Assembly (NCBI GenBank): GCA_054661495.1
Contig: BAAFSQ010000002.1
Location: forward strand, 86,162 to 118,161
DNA from: Zygophlyctis sp. KS116
Taxonomy: Eukaryota > Fungi > Chytridiomycota
Reading direction: 5' to 3'
Length of the DNA: 32,000 bases
The position numbers and the translations under genes are program-made. The notes beneath the pieces were generated by a model. The model saw only the letters and a program-made list of their open reading frames with translations, did not search any database and was not told the origin of the DNA. This document shows, in pieces, positions 1-13,274 of this stretch; position 1 is the first letter of the stretch, and every line of letters starts with the position of its first letter.

Positions 1-755
1 TCTTCAAATTTCTTTAGTATTTCTTCAAGTTTTTTGACCATCTGTTGAATAATAGAATCAATCTCCTCGGTTCGGGGTAAGTTAGAGAGAATCTATAATT
101 AATCTTGGAAAAGGCATACATCAATAGCATCAATCAGCTGATTTGAATAATAATCGTAATCTTCTGTCATTTGTTGCAACGCCGATTGTTGCTCGACACA
201 TAATCTGAAGCTATTCCGATATTCTTTACTAAATTCATTTTTAAACGTTAGAGTGGACTTTATCATGAAATATAAAGAATTACAGTTCTATAAGGATATT
301 TCAATTGAATAATGACATTCGATGTTACATCTTGTTGTGTCTATGAAATAATTATGATGCGATTGTACCACTGGCTTATTCTTTTTAAACACGTAGAGAG
401 AGCGGCTCTTCCAATCAGAATTTTTATCCTATCAGTTGAATCATGTAATGGCTCTTACAGAATCTTTTGGGAAACGAAATTTCTTTGAGATTTTTGACCA
501 GTTGGATCGGATAGACGAGGCGAAGCTGAACTTTGCCGAATTTACTGAAATATCTGAGCTGGCAGTTTTCCCTTTTCTTGGAATAATTATTTCATCAGAC
601 GTGGAGTAGTCATTGGCGGAATTTATGCCATCTTGTGATTTATGTTCTTCGCATTGGATCGTTTTATTATCTAGCTGAGATGATGCATGCCCATCATGCT
701 TGGAGTGGAAAGAACCAATTAAGCCTAGACTTTTCTTTGTCTTTAAGAATGTCAT
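1..755 (-). CDS. Hypothetical protein, 3' end runs off the window; at least 5 exons
   Basis: ATG at 755. Removing four GT-AG introns (429-458, 341-368, 288-316, 93-119; 30/28/29/27 nt, all phase 0) keeps one open frame: ...FPKDS|DKNSDWKSRSLYVFKKNKPV|TQQDVTSN|NCNSLYF...LIDAID|ILSNLPRTEEIDSIIQQMVKKLEEILKKFE. No family recognised; the C-terminal part looks helical. Confidence 0.6.
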
Positions 756-1055
756 AATAGGCTCTTATTGGCGCGAGTTGATTTCGGACGTATCGCGTGA
801 ATTCTTAATGATATCATCCCTCAACCGATGCAACTCTACAAAAAATCACTCTGGAGATGGATCATTGAGACGGAGCATTGATCTTTATCTTAATCTGAGG
901 CCGCCATTATATTATTATTTTATATTTGAAAATGGTTTTTAATGATGTTGATAATTCTCGCCTCTTGTGATTTCTTTCTTTGAAAAATCTCATTGAATGA
1001 ATTTGGATTTTTAAAATTCTAAAAAGTAAAAAGTATTATTTCTCCAGATTAATCT

Positions 1056-2943
1056 TTAAGATGCCCCATATGGTGGAACAATGCCTACGCTAGGTGGCGG
1101 GGGAGGTGGTGCCATTGGTCCTGGTGGTCCAACAGGAGGTGGTGGTCCTAAAGGTCCTGGTCCACCAGCTATTAAAGGCGGAGGTGCAGAAGCATATCCG
1201 GGTCCAACGGGAGGTGGCGGCCCTGGAGGAGGTGGTGGTACAAAATCAGGTCCGATTTGAGGCCCTGGAGGAGGTGGTGGAGGGGGTGGCCCTGGAGGAA
1301 TCACTCTTGGTCTGCATCTGCGTGGAGGGGGGCCCATAGGTCCAACTGGAGGTCCAAAATCAGGGCCCATAGGTGGAGGAGGTGGTGGTCCCATAGGTCC
1401 AGAAGGAGGTAGAGGAGGACCATAAGTAGATCCAGCATTAGGACCCAACATTGGTGGTGGGGGTGGAGGAGGCGCTATTGGACCATAGTCTGGTCCCATA
1501 GGTGGTGGTGGGGGTGGTGGAGGTGGAATAGCAGGAAGAGGCATACTATTATCTGGTCCCATAGGTGGCGGTGGTCCGATTGGTGGTAATGGCGCACCGT
1601 ATCCTGGTCCAACTGAAGGCCCCATAGGAGGTGGTGGTCCCATAGGCATAGGCGGGGGAGGAGGAGGTCCAACAGGAAGGGGGAAGCTATTATCTGGCCC
1701 CATAGGAAGTGGTGGTCCAATAGGTGGCAATGGCGCACCGTATCCTGGTCCAGCTGGTGGTGGTGGTCCTACAGGCATTGGTAGACTGTTATCCGGGAAT
1801 GGTGGTGGCGGAGGAGGTCCCATTGGTTGCGGTTCCATAGGTGGTGGCCCCATAGGCGGTGGTGGTGGTCCCATAGGCGGTGGTGGTGGCCCCATAGGTG
1901 GCGGTGGTGGTACAATAGGAGTATCTGGACATGGAACTGGACCAGCAGGGGGTGGCATCATATCAGGACCAGGCATCACCGGTGCAGGCATTGGAGGCGG
2001 AGGGGGAGGAGCCATAATTGGAGTGTCCGGGCATGGAGGCGGGATTGGAGGAATCTGAGAATCCGGGCATGGTACAACTCCAATTGGAGCTGGAGGTATC
2101 AGATTACCATCTAATAATTTAGAAAAACAATAGCTTACATGAAGGCGGAGGCAGTGAATCCGGGCATGGACCTGGAGGCACTGGCCCAACTGGAGGTGGC
2201 ATACCTGGAGGTCCTTGAGGTGGCATGCCTGGTGGTGGCATACCTGGAGGTCCTTGAGGTGACATACCCGGAGGTGGCATACCTGGTGGTCCTTGAGGTG
2301 ACATACCCGGAGGTGGCAAAGATGGGGGTGGCGGTATTTCAGGCCCACCAATCATATCAAATGAAGGTCCAGAATCCGGATCACCATTAATTGAAGAAAC
2401 AGGAGTTCCTGGCGGAATACCTGCAGATTCAAACCGAGAAGTTTGACACTTATTAATATTGATAATTGATCTCCCTGAAGGATTGTTTCTATCGATCCAG
2501 CGATTTATGGGAAAGTACCATTGTTGGACTCCGTCCGAAATCAAGACAAATTCTAGATACCATGAATTACCAAATAGCTTATCAGTATGACCAATTACTA
2601 ATGAGCAAACTGTCCCTAAACGGCGGTCGGAATCTATTTTAAAAGTCGACATTGAATTTCTTCCAAAGTTTAGAAAATTGTTTGGCAAGAAAGAATTAAC
2701 ATTCCCACCATGGTCATCACCAAACTGTAGAAAAACCTTCCCGCGGGCGCCAGCGCCAAACTTGTCTCCAGTCTTAATCATAATTTGATATTGAGTTGGC
2801 TGAATGATATTTTGATTGTTATCAGGCATTGTCATTATCGGACCCATTGGTCCATCTAATCCAGAATTAGGATGAATCCCTAGCGGAGCTTGAGCAAAAG
2901 ATACCTGAAGACCTGCAAGTAACCCAAATACTGAGAGGATCAT
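1056..2943 (-). CDS. Secreted PLAT/LH2-domain protein with a very long Pro/Gly-rich tail (~619 aa)
   Basis: Hydrophobic N-terminus (MILSVFGLLAGLQVSFA). PLAT signature YQIMIKTGDKFGAG...VFLQFGD...NFGRNSMSTF...LVIGH...WYLEFV...YFPINRWI. A 28-nt intron at 2111-2138 (gtaagc...ttattag) joins ORF 2119-2943 to the polyproline frame of ORF 1056-2351. Confidence 0.85.
2191..2318 (-). repeat. Coding tandem repeat, 39-nt unit x~3 (PPPGM[S/P]PQGPPGM)
   Basis: Three near-identical copies of ggtggcatacctgg[a/t]ggtccttgaggtg[g/a]cat... Confidence 0.85.
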
Positions 2944-3152
2944 TATTATTTTTTAAAGATTTGTGTTTCATCGACTCTTGGTTTTAGATGCAAATTTTGC
3001 GTTTTAAGATCTCATGAAACCAACCGTCCCTGAAACACATGTATCAGAAAATTTTCATTATTATGAATCAGACCATGAAGCTGAGAGCATGCATGGCTCA
3101 CTACTAGGAGAATATATGTCCTTGTATTGTCCAAATGATTTCACAACAATAA

Positions 3153-4404
3153 ATGCCTAGGTTTAAGTCAAGGAATTTGATGAGTTTGCTATTTCGTTCG
3201 TCTTTAATGAGGATGGGGGCCCGCAGTCTATCAATGCAGGTTCCTGTCAATGCTAATTCCATCTTGAAGATGAGGATAAGCTCTGGCCCTCCTCCGGAAT
3301 GGAGAAGTGCTGTCAAACAGCTGAGAAGAGTGGTCAAAGAAGCAGAAACAAATCAGGCGAGGCATAGTGTCCTTTTGGAATCTCAAAAAGTAGTCGGCCT
3401 GGCAATTATAAGTAATGGCTGTTTATTTACTGGTAAAATGTACGCTGCGGTTCAATCTGGATCATCATCAATGTTTTCAGAGGCGTTACATTCACTAGCG
3501 GATATGTTGAATGAAACTCTTTTGATGTGGGGTATATGGAGATCGCTAAAGGAACCTGATAAATCTCATCCATATGGTTTTTTTAGTGAAAGATATGCAT
3601 GGGCATTGGTGTCTGGAGTTGGAGTTTTATTTTTAGGTGGCGGAGTGTCTCTTTATCATGGAGTTGTAGGATTAATCAATGTGAGTCCTTTGGGAGACTT
3701 GACATATGCTGCAGTAGCTTTGGGAGCTTCATTAGTTTTTGAAGGAGGTAAATACATGTAGAATTTAGGAAATAGTTACAATTTGTTATGCATATAAGCA
3801 GCTTTCAAAGGCTGCTAAAGAGGCTCAAGTTTCTTTTTTACAATATTTAAAAAAAGGAGCTGATCCTACAACTACTCAAGTGTTTTTAGAAGATTGTGCC
3901 TCTATTACTGGAATATCAATTGCTGCATCATGTTTAACACTTTCTCATTACTTTTCTATGCCGATATTTGATTCTATTGGTAGTATAGCTATTGGATGTC
4001 TTTTATCAATTGTTGCCTCTTTTCTAATTAAACGAAACGTAGCTGGTCTCGTTGCAGCATCAATGCCATTAAATAGACAAACGGAAATAGTTTCCATCTT
4101 GGAAAATGATCCTGTGGTTTTATCAGTTCATGATGTCAAATCCACTACTTTGGGCCCAGATTTTGCCCGTTTTAAAGCAGAAGTATGCTTCAATGGTGAG
4201 GAAGTTACAAGAAGATATATTTCAAGAAACCCATCCACTTTATCGGATATTTCTAAAATAAGAACTCCTCGGGACTTTGAGGCATGTTTGTGCATCCATG
4301 GAGGAAAGATCATATCAACTTTGGGATCAGAGATTGATAGGCTTGAAAGGAAGATTGCAAATCGCAGGCCGGAAGTGAAACATATAGATTTAGAAGTTTT
4401 GTAA
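3153..4404 (+). CDS. SLC30A9: Cation diffusion facilitator, ZnT9/SLC30A9-like zinc transporter
   Basis: Motifs SGSSSMFSEALHSLAD, PDKSHPYGF..ERY.WALVSGVG, DPTTTQVFLED, FDSIGSIAIG, SVHDVK, LGSEIDRLE, PEVKHIDLEVL. One 28-nt intron at 3748-3775 restores the frame. The Arg/Ser-rich N-terminus resembles a mitochondrial presequence. Confidence 0.88.
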
Positions 4405-4429
4405 CAGATTTGAAATTTGAAATTTTGCA

Positions 4430-6001
4430 ATGGAATGTACAAATGTCTGGCAATCAGATAATAAATGCTTATATGTCCAGCAGCACTGCTTGAATGATGA
4501 CAGGGTGACATATCTGCTTCTACGATTTACTTGCAGTGATGGACTTCCACTGGGGATTCTTGAACTGATCTTAATCTTTGTCATGTTTGGCCGAGCCGCA
4601 ACTGAATATCTATCCCCCAATCTAGCATCGATATCACATTTCTTAAAACTGCCTCAATCCATTGCCGGAGTCACACTCGCTGCTTTTGGAAATGGTGCCC
4701 CCGATCTGTTTAGTACAGTTGCTGCAATACAGGCCGGATCGCTTCAAATGGCTCTTGGGGAGCTATTCGGAGCTGCAAACTTTATTATCTGTATTGTCGT
4801 TGGAAGTATTGCCATTCTTAATCCATGCGTTATCTCAAAATGGCCATTTATTAGGGATGTGATTTCATTCATTATAGTATCTTTAATACTACTCATATTT
4901 CTAATCATTGGACAGATCAACTTCTTTGGATGCATAGCTTTGATGATTTATTATCTCACTTATGTTGCAATTGTAGTATTTTTTATCCCGAGTAAGATTA
5001 CTGTACAAATACCCGAATATTCTATAGATGCTGATCAAGAATCACAAGTACAGGAAGAAATAGAACCACTTCTAAATCAAGATTCTACTTCTCTTTTGGA
5101 AATTGACACAAACATGTATATAAACCGATCACTGGAAATAATATCTGAAGAAAATCTCTCACCATTAAGGGACAGAACCTATAAGTTTCAGCAAATGCTC
5201 TTCCCAATTGTAGATTTATGGAAATATGCGAATGTATTTGAAAAATTATATCTCTTGATTGGAATTCCAGGGGACTTTATCTTTGGTCTTACAATACCGG
5301 TTGTACTTTATCCAAAGTCTGAAGAAACTATGAAGGATCTTAATCCATGGAGATCTCTCTTACACTTGATAACTTATCCTATGGTAATATTCTTTATAAT
5401 TCCTGAATTGGCATTAATTCTATCTATTATGGGATGTGGGATTATTTTGTTTATAATTTTACTTTTATTAAAAGTACCGAATAGCATGTTTATGGTGACT
5501 ATTGGATTTTCATGCTCTTGTATCTGGATTTATATATTATCAAATGAATTAGTCTCTTTATTACAGGCCCTTGGAATTCTATTTTCAATTTCAGAGTCAT
5601 TATTAGGTTCTACTATATTTGCATTAGGAAATTCTTTATTAGATTTCCTTACAAATATCAAGATTGCACAATTGGTATTTTCCTATTCTTTAATTTTATA
5701 GCATTTACCAATTATGGCGTTTGGAGCCTGTTATGGATCACCGATGCTTAATATTGTAATTGGAATGTCTGTTGGAATTTCACTATCTCTTTTAGGATCT
5801 AGCAATGGGTTATGGAAATCTGTTTTTATTTTCCACCCATTATCTGTTAGAGTTATATTTTGCCTCTGCTGGCTAGTGTTTAATCTCCTACTAACATTGA
5901 TTTATGTTATCAGGAATTCATACAAGGCTGATTTCAGATTAGGTATAATGCTCTATGTCAGTTATTTTGTGTTTGGAGTAGTTAACTTGTTGATTGAGTA
6001 G
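4430..6001 (+). CDS. Cation/Ca2+ exchanger, CCX/NCLX (Na_Ca_ex) family
   Basis: Alpha-1 repeat AGVTLAAFGNGAPDLFS and alpha-2 repeat LGSTIFALGNSLLDF...MAFGACYGSPMLN, with many TM segments. One 27-nt intron at 5675-5701. Confidence 0.92.
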
Positions 6002-6028
6002 GGCGTGAGCGGCAACTTTGGTCTAAGA

Positions 6029-7043
<1,015 letters not shown>

Positions 7044-7099
7044 TTCATATGCAAGTTTTAGAAAGTATTACATCTTTTACAATTTTGTTTAAAAAGTCT

Positions 7100-10000
7100 T
7101 CAAGTACGCAATTCTCTGATTTGAGCTATTGCATTTTGGTAAACATCAGTCTTTATCGCTTCGAATTGAGGGAATTCTCGGTAAATCGCTTCTGATATAT
7201 CAATTGCATCAGTATAGTTTTTAGCCTTTAGGTGATTAAAAGCAAGTTTGTAGCCCAAAGATGGACTTTTATTGAATGAAAAGGCCAATTTATAGTAATC
7301 GCAGGCATCTGCATATGATGCCTCTTTTTCCATTACATAGCCTAAATATTCAAATGCTTTAAAACAGGACTTGTTAAAACTGATGACCTTTTTAAGTAAT
7401 TCAAGAGCGATATCGTATTTCCCGCCCTATTGAATAAATTTATGCAATAAATTACCTGAATATACAAATCTGCTAATAAAATATAACAATTTTCAAATTC
7501 GGTAGCAAATTTACTCGAGTATTCCATTTTAGATACTCTCTTTAGGTAATTTCTTGCTTTTGGAGGCTGTTTCTGGCTGAGATATGCAAGACTGAGTGTA
7601 TATAGAGCAGGGATATAGTCAGGATTGTCCTTGAGGATATTACTACATTTTTCAATGGCTTGATCAGGGTGATTTGATCGTATTAAAAATTGGCATTCAA
7701 AGATCTGTCCAATTAGACTCACCGTGCCGAGCTCCTATACAATTTAAAATATAAAGGTATTACATAAATCAATTTTTTGGCCATATCAAGTCCCGTTATT
7801 TCATTTTCTGTTGGTTTTTCCGATCCCAAAGCATCGCCTCCAAGAGTTTTATTTTCTGGATTCAAAAATAGAGTAATCAAGGAAAGTAACGATTTTTCTC
7901 CCCAGATTCTGTCCCTTCTGCACTGTACATATTCTCTGACTGCAGCATTGTGTTGATTTATAGATCTTTATAGTCATCAAATCAAAAATTACTTAAAATA
8001 AAAGCCTTTACAAAAGTGATAACCTGCTTCTAGCTGCACATTTGGATTATTTTCTAATTTTTTAAACATTCCTTCCGCCTCTTCTAGTTTTCCATGGCGC
8101 TGCATTAATTGAAGATAATTAAGCAACGCAGAAAAATTGGGAGGCCCTTCCAGCACAATAGATTTGAAATGTTTTGCTGATTCTTCATATGAAGAAGCTA
8201 CGAAATCTAAGTCGACCATAATTAGCGCTGCTTCATCAACACAAATGTCGAGTTTGATCATTTTGGAGCATATAGCTTGGCATGATGAGACATCTCCTTT
8301 ACACTTATACAGTTTTGCTAATGATACCAATGATTTCTTATGGCAATCATAATTTTGTAATGCTTCATTGTAACTACTGAGGGCTTGTTCATTGTCTTGT
8401 AGGCTTTCAGCAGTCCGGCCAATCTCATAGCAAATATCTGACATGGTCTGCTTTGAAGAAATATCAGCTTGCCTGGAACAGATGCTATTATAAATCATAA
8501 GTTAAAGAATACTGTAGTTGTGAGTCTCTCGCCAAATTTAAATGTTGAAGTGCTTGATCATTCTTTCCAGATGAGCAGAGTGATTTTGCAAACAATACTT
8601 GACATTTTACATGAAAATTCAACGAGCTCAGCTCGTCAGCTAATTGTTAGCCACTATGAATTTACAGTCCGGATCCATAATCGCAAGCGAAATGACTCGC
8701 TGGCAATTAGAGTAATTTTTCAACTTAAAATAAAGCAATGCTAAATCATATATCAATTCCGTGGGGATTTCCTTAGATTTTGAAATTGCGCCTTCGTAAT
8801 ACGCAATAGCCTTTTTATTGAGAGCTTGATAAATACCTTTTTGTAATTATGTGTCTTTATGAGAGACTTGCCTATTTTACCATGTAAGGATACTTCTTTC
8901 GGAAAGACTTCAAGAGCCGATTTGTACACTTCGGCAGCAAGTTCAGGCTCCTCTATATTTAGATACGCATCACCCAATAGTAGGAAGGAATCAAGACTGG
9001 GATATACATCAACAATTTCTTTATAGCATCGCGCATAATTTTGGCGGTCATTTAGAGCTTTTAGATATATGTCAGCCATAGTCTTTTTTGCTTCTAAGTA
9101 ATAACTAGTATAAAGTTTCATTCTCTTACTGTTGATTATTAGAGACAGAAGAAAGTTGGTTCAATGCCGCGGTAATATCTCCAGAGGCTGTTAAGATATT
9201 AGCATTAATTATAATCATTTTTCCTTCTAGCTCTGTTCCTGAAAATATGCTGATTGCATTTTTCATAACAGATGCCGCTTTTTCCTTTTGAATTATTCTG
9301 GTAAATTTACAAGTTGGGTATCAAGACGGTAGCAGTCTGCTAATTCAACAAATATAGACACACAATCAGAAACCTTTATATCTGAGTTCGGCATTGATTC
9401 ATGTATTTTCATTTGATAATCTAGTATAAACCCAAAAACATCTTACTTGAGATAAGTTCCTTGACTTTACCATCATTCATCAATTTTGATAGCAAAGCTA
9501 TTGCCTCTTCATACTTTGACTGTCCTTTTAAAACCCTGCTTTTTAACAGAATGTATCTCATGTTATTACAGATAGAAAAGTCTTGACTTAATGCAGTTTC
9601 CAAAGAATCAAAGGCTGGTTGAATAAGATTATTCTGCAGATTAATTTCTGCAATCATCATGTGAGTAATAGGATCATTCGGATTTAGTCTATTGCTGGAA
9701 ATCAGGTACTTTTCAGCTGAAAGAGTTTCACCCAATCCAAATTTAACAAAGCCAAGTAATTTGTATGGTACTGAAGATCCCGAAAATATAGATGTCAGCT
9801 TTATTAGCAGGGAATCAGCTAGTTTAAGTATGATTGTCTTGTCTTCTGAAGTATTATTAGAATTTTTAGAGATTACCTTTTGATGAAGGAAAATTATTAT
9901 CAAAGTAATACTGAATAATTTCAATTAAAAGAGGTGGATTCAGTGAATAAATTGATTCAAGCCTTTAAATTAGCAAAAATATATATTACCCAGTCGTAAT

Positions 10001-11476
10001 AGAATTATAATTTTCCAGCATAACATAGAGTGCATCATGAATATATACAGAGCCCTGTTTTTCATTTTGAATTTTTTCTTTTGAGAGAACTGCGTTGGCA
10101 AATGCCAACTCTACTGATTTCTCTAATTTTTAGACATAATAATATACCCATCGTATCTTGCAACTCATTAAAAATTTCAATCTCCTCAATAGCCTTTTCA
10201 AAATCCCGCTTAGCCAGTGCAACCAATATAATCCCATAAAGAGCTGTTAGATTTGTTGAATCCATTTCAGAAGCTTCAGTAAATGCATTTTTTGATTCAT
10301 CCAACTTTTCTAAAGATTAAATAATAATAATTTTACTTGCAAGATAAGTGGCATTTCCATATTCCATTTTATATGCACTGTTTAATGGAGACAATTGAAT
10401 TGCATGCTTAATAAATGTAATGCATATTTCCAATATTCTATAATTTTTAACTAAATAAAGTACTTTTGATCAAGATTGCAAATACGAGAACAAATCTTAC
10501 AAACATTGAAGTAAAACTCATGACTACGTGGTTCTTTTCTTTCAACAGATAGTCTTAGTTCCTGTAAATATTCATAAGCTTTTTCTGGATCTCCCTTTAC
10601 AAGCAAATAATATGATGAAAGTACGAATAGCATATCCATTTGATCATTTTCTAAACCTTGAATCTGCATGCAAGTATCAAAGACGACATCCCATTTACCT
10701 AATTCGCTCTGAGCATACATCTGTTCAATAATCCCAGGAACAAATCCTTTATAATAACTAGAAATTTGAATCGCAACATCAACCGCCATTGAGTATTTTT
10801 TCAAAGATTTCAATACCTTTATAAATTATTCTAGATCAAAATACTTGTAATTTTCCCATCAATGCATCCAAATCTCTAGGTGCCTTGTCTAGGACAATCT
10901 CAAAATACTTTATACTAGGATTTGATTGCAGATCTATCCATCCAAGTATACACTTTCCTTGACTAGAATTAGGATTTGATTCTATTAGTCTATTAGCATA
11001 TTCCTTTGCAAGATCTAATCTATCCATATAGTAATATACTTGAGACGTGTATAACAGAGATCTATCTGATAACGATGCCGACGATACTATTGTAATTCTA
11101 GCCTTTAACTCTTCTACTGCCTCTATGTCTACATGAACACATGACGTATGAGCTTCCACCATCATTAATAGTGTCGGTAATTGCCAATCCCTCTTATCAG
11201 TAAAAATTTGAAAATCCCTCAACGCCTCTGTATAATTCCCTAATATGTAAATACATGGCGAATATGTATGCGAATTATGTATGAAATTTTAAGGAATAGT
11301 TGGTGAAATCCATGTTTGGATAAATTATCGGACATACCATCAGCAAAGCCTGCAAACGCCCTCCAAAACAAAAAGTTTAAATCGTGGAATCTGCTTTTTA
11401 GTGCTTGGTCGCAGAATTTTATTGCTTGGCTAAAGTATTTGCGTCTAAGCAGGTAATGAAGATTTGCGTCTTCCAT
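7100..11476 (-). CDS. TTC21B: Tetratricopeptide repeat protein 21B / IFT139 (IFT-A subunit), ~16 introns
   Basis: TPR repeats throughout, with segments I recognise from TTC21B: DGNYTEALRDF, HTSCVHVDIEAVEELKARI, AKKTMADIYL...YARCYKE, HGKIGKSLIKTHNYKKAIAYYE, QKQPPKARNYLKR, NKSCFKAFEYLGYVMEKEASYADA, SLGYKLAFNHLKAK. First intron is 11240-11337; the others are about 25-31 nt. Confidence 0.92.
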
Positions 11477-11576
11477 TCCAATCACTCGGTTCTCGGTCGT
11501 AGGAAAAAAGCTTAAAATTTTTCGCGGAATTCAAAAAAATTCAAGTGCAAGGTCAATTTCTAGGCTTCAAGTTTTT
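11477..11576. promoter_or_regulatory. Putative 100-nt bidirectional promoter (TTC21B / TilS-like)
   Basis: Head-to-head ATGs at 11476 (-) and 11577 (+). Contains TTTTTCGCGG (CGCG at 11523-11526) and GTGCAAGG (11545-11552). Confidence 0.6.
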
Positions 11577-13274
11577 ATGTCTGCACTAGTTATCAGGAAG
11601 AGTGATTTTCAGAATTTACTATTCAATGCAATCAATCCTAGTAGGCTTAATAGATCCAACAAATTGGGGATCGCTGTCAATCATAAACCGGAATCGTTGG
11701 CCTTGGTCGGTCTGCTCAGGGACTGTTTGCCAAGCGACCATTTGCATGCAATTTCAATTGACTTAAAAATTAATGATCAAATTTCTAGGCAGATCCTTCA
11801 AATTTCAGACAAGGTGTCGAATCTAGGAGTCAAGATAAATTCACTGGATTGTGACTGTAAGGTGCCACAATTTGTTTTAGGATCGAAACTTGATCAGCAA
11901 AAATCAAGTAGAAAACTCTCAAAATATAGGATTGATTCAATGCTTATGCAGGAATGCAAAAATAATAATATTTCAATTCTTGCTTTTGGAGATACACTAG
12001 AGGATTATTTAGTCGCTCTTTTAAAGGAGATATCTTCAGAAAAGGTTGGATATGTGCATGGGTTGGATGTGCTTGGGAGTTTAAGTGTAGGCGGTGATCG
12101 AGTAATGGCTTTAAGACCATTGTTAAAGTATAATATGGTATGTAAATTCTACTAAATGATTCTTTTGGTTTTTGAAACTAGAGGATCAGGAATAATTTTA
12201 TATTTTTAATAATTTAGAAACAAATTTTAGCTACATGTGAAGAATATCAATTATATCCAGAAAACAGTGAAAAGTTTAGTCATGATTTAGAACCTGTTAT
12301 TCCAGTAAAGAAAATGATTAAGAAAGCGTTTGATTCAGAGTCTCAGCAGATTGGTGATACTTTTTTAACAGTTCCTAGTCTTTTAGATCTTGGATTTCAC
12401 ATGTTTGATCATAGAATGGAAGTTTGGAAAACTGGTATTATTTTTTAGGTCTAATAATCAAGTTTCAGGAATTTTCAAGAGAGATATAAGATGTGATCAA
12501 GCTTTGGGGCTTTATTTTATTAAAATTGACATTTCAAGAGAAGATTATGCACATCATTGGATGAATGATATGGAAATTACGCATACAATTTTTAGGATTC
12601 TTTTAGCAATGATAAATGGAGCAGATCCAGTAGACGCTAAATATAGTATTGAAATTCTAGAAAGTTTTAGAAATACTTTACTAAATAATTCATTCAAAAG
12701 GAAACCTATATCAGTCGCAAAAGGATTATTAAATCCTCCACGTGCATCAGAGACTGGAAGAGGAGTATGGATCTTTGGACGTCAACCTTTAACAAGGCCT
12801 GAAATCAAGGAATTAACATATTCTTTTAAATCTGGAGATTTAGTTTTCTGGGATAATAGGTTCAAAATTTCTGTTACTTGTGATAAACCTGAAAAATCTT
12901 TTCTGATTAGGCCTTTTACAACTAGTGATTTTACTAGTTTTGAAAATCATTTACAGAATATGCGTCTTCCTATTGATGCAGCCTATGAATTCAAGGAAAG
13001 ATTGAATATTTTCAAGACTAGAACCCCTGTAACTCTTCGCCAATGCCTACCATGTATTGAATTAGACGGCAAGATTATTAGCATACCTTCACTTGACATA
13101 CACTTTGATGATGGCATAAAAGTTGATTTCAAGTATTGTGGTTATAATTCTGCATTTGGAAAGGTTATCGGACTGACACAAGAAAGTTTTGAAGATCCAG
13201 ACTCTACATATTCCGATCCAGAACCTGAATCACCTCCTGAACCAAATTATGATTATCTGCATTTCGAAGAATAG
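11577..13274 (+). CDS. Divergent TilS-like (tRNA-Ile lysidine synthase / PP-loop fold) protein with degenerate catalytic motifs
   Basis: TilS-like motif order: LGIAV....ESLAL..LL, LHAISID, SKYR...L.QECK..NI..LAFG..LED, LRPLL....KQILATC, then C-terminal WDNRF and LPCI. Introns at 12138-12217 (80 nt) and 12435-12462 (28 nt) keep the frame. Confidence 0.65.

Noticed and set aside
700-1050. ORF 700-942 (+) or an ncRNA in this spacer
   Set aside because: The ORF has a non-ATG start and no motifs. A CTGA near 895 has no convincing C box or target. The region is left unexplained.
1056-2351. Collagen, formin or WASP identity for the Pro-rich protein
   Set aside because: There is no sustained Gly-X-Y periodicity and no FH2 or WH2 domain, and it has a signal peptide.
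1094-2390. Alternative-frame and antisense ORFs (e.g. the RWWW-rich 1827-2114 and the HLRVCHLKD start of 1056-2351)
   Set aside because: These are shadows of the GC-rich polyproline repeats, which lack stops in several frames.
10094-10109. Palindrome GTTGGCAAATGCCAAC as an RFX X-box
   Set aside because: It lies deep inside a TTC21B coding exon and does not match X-box consensus well.
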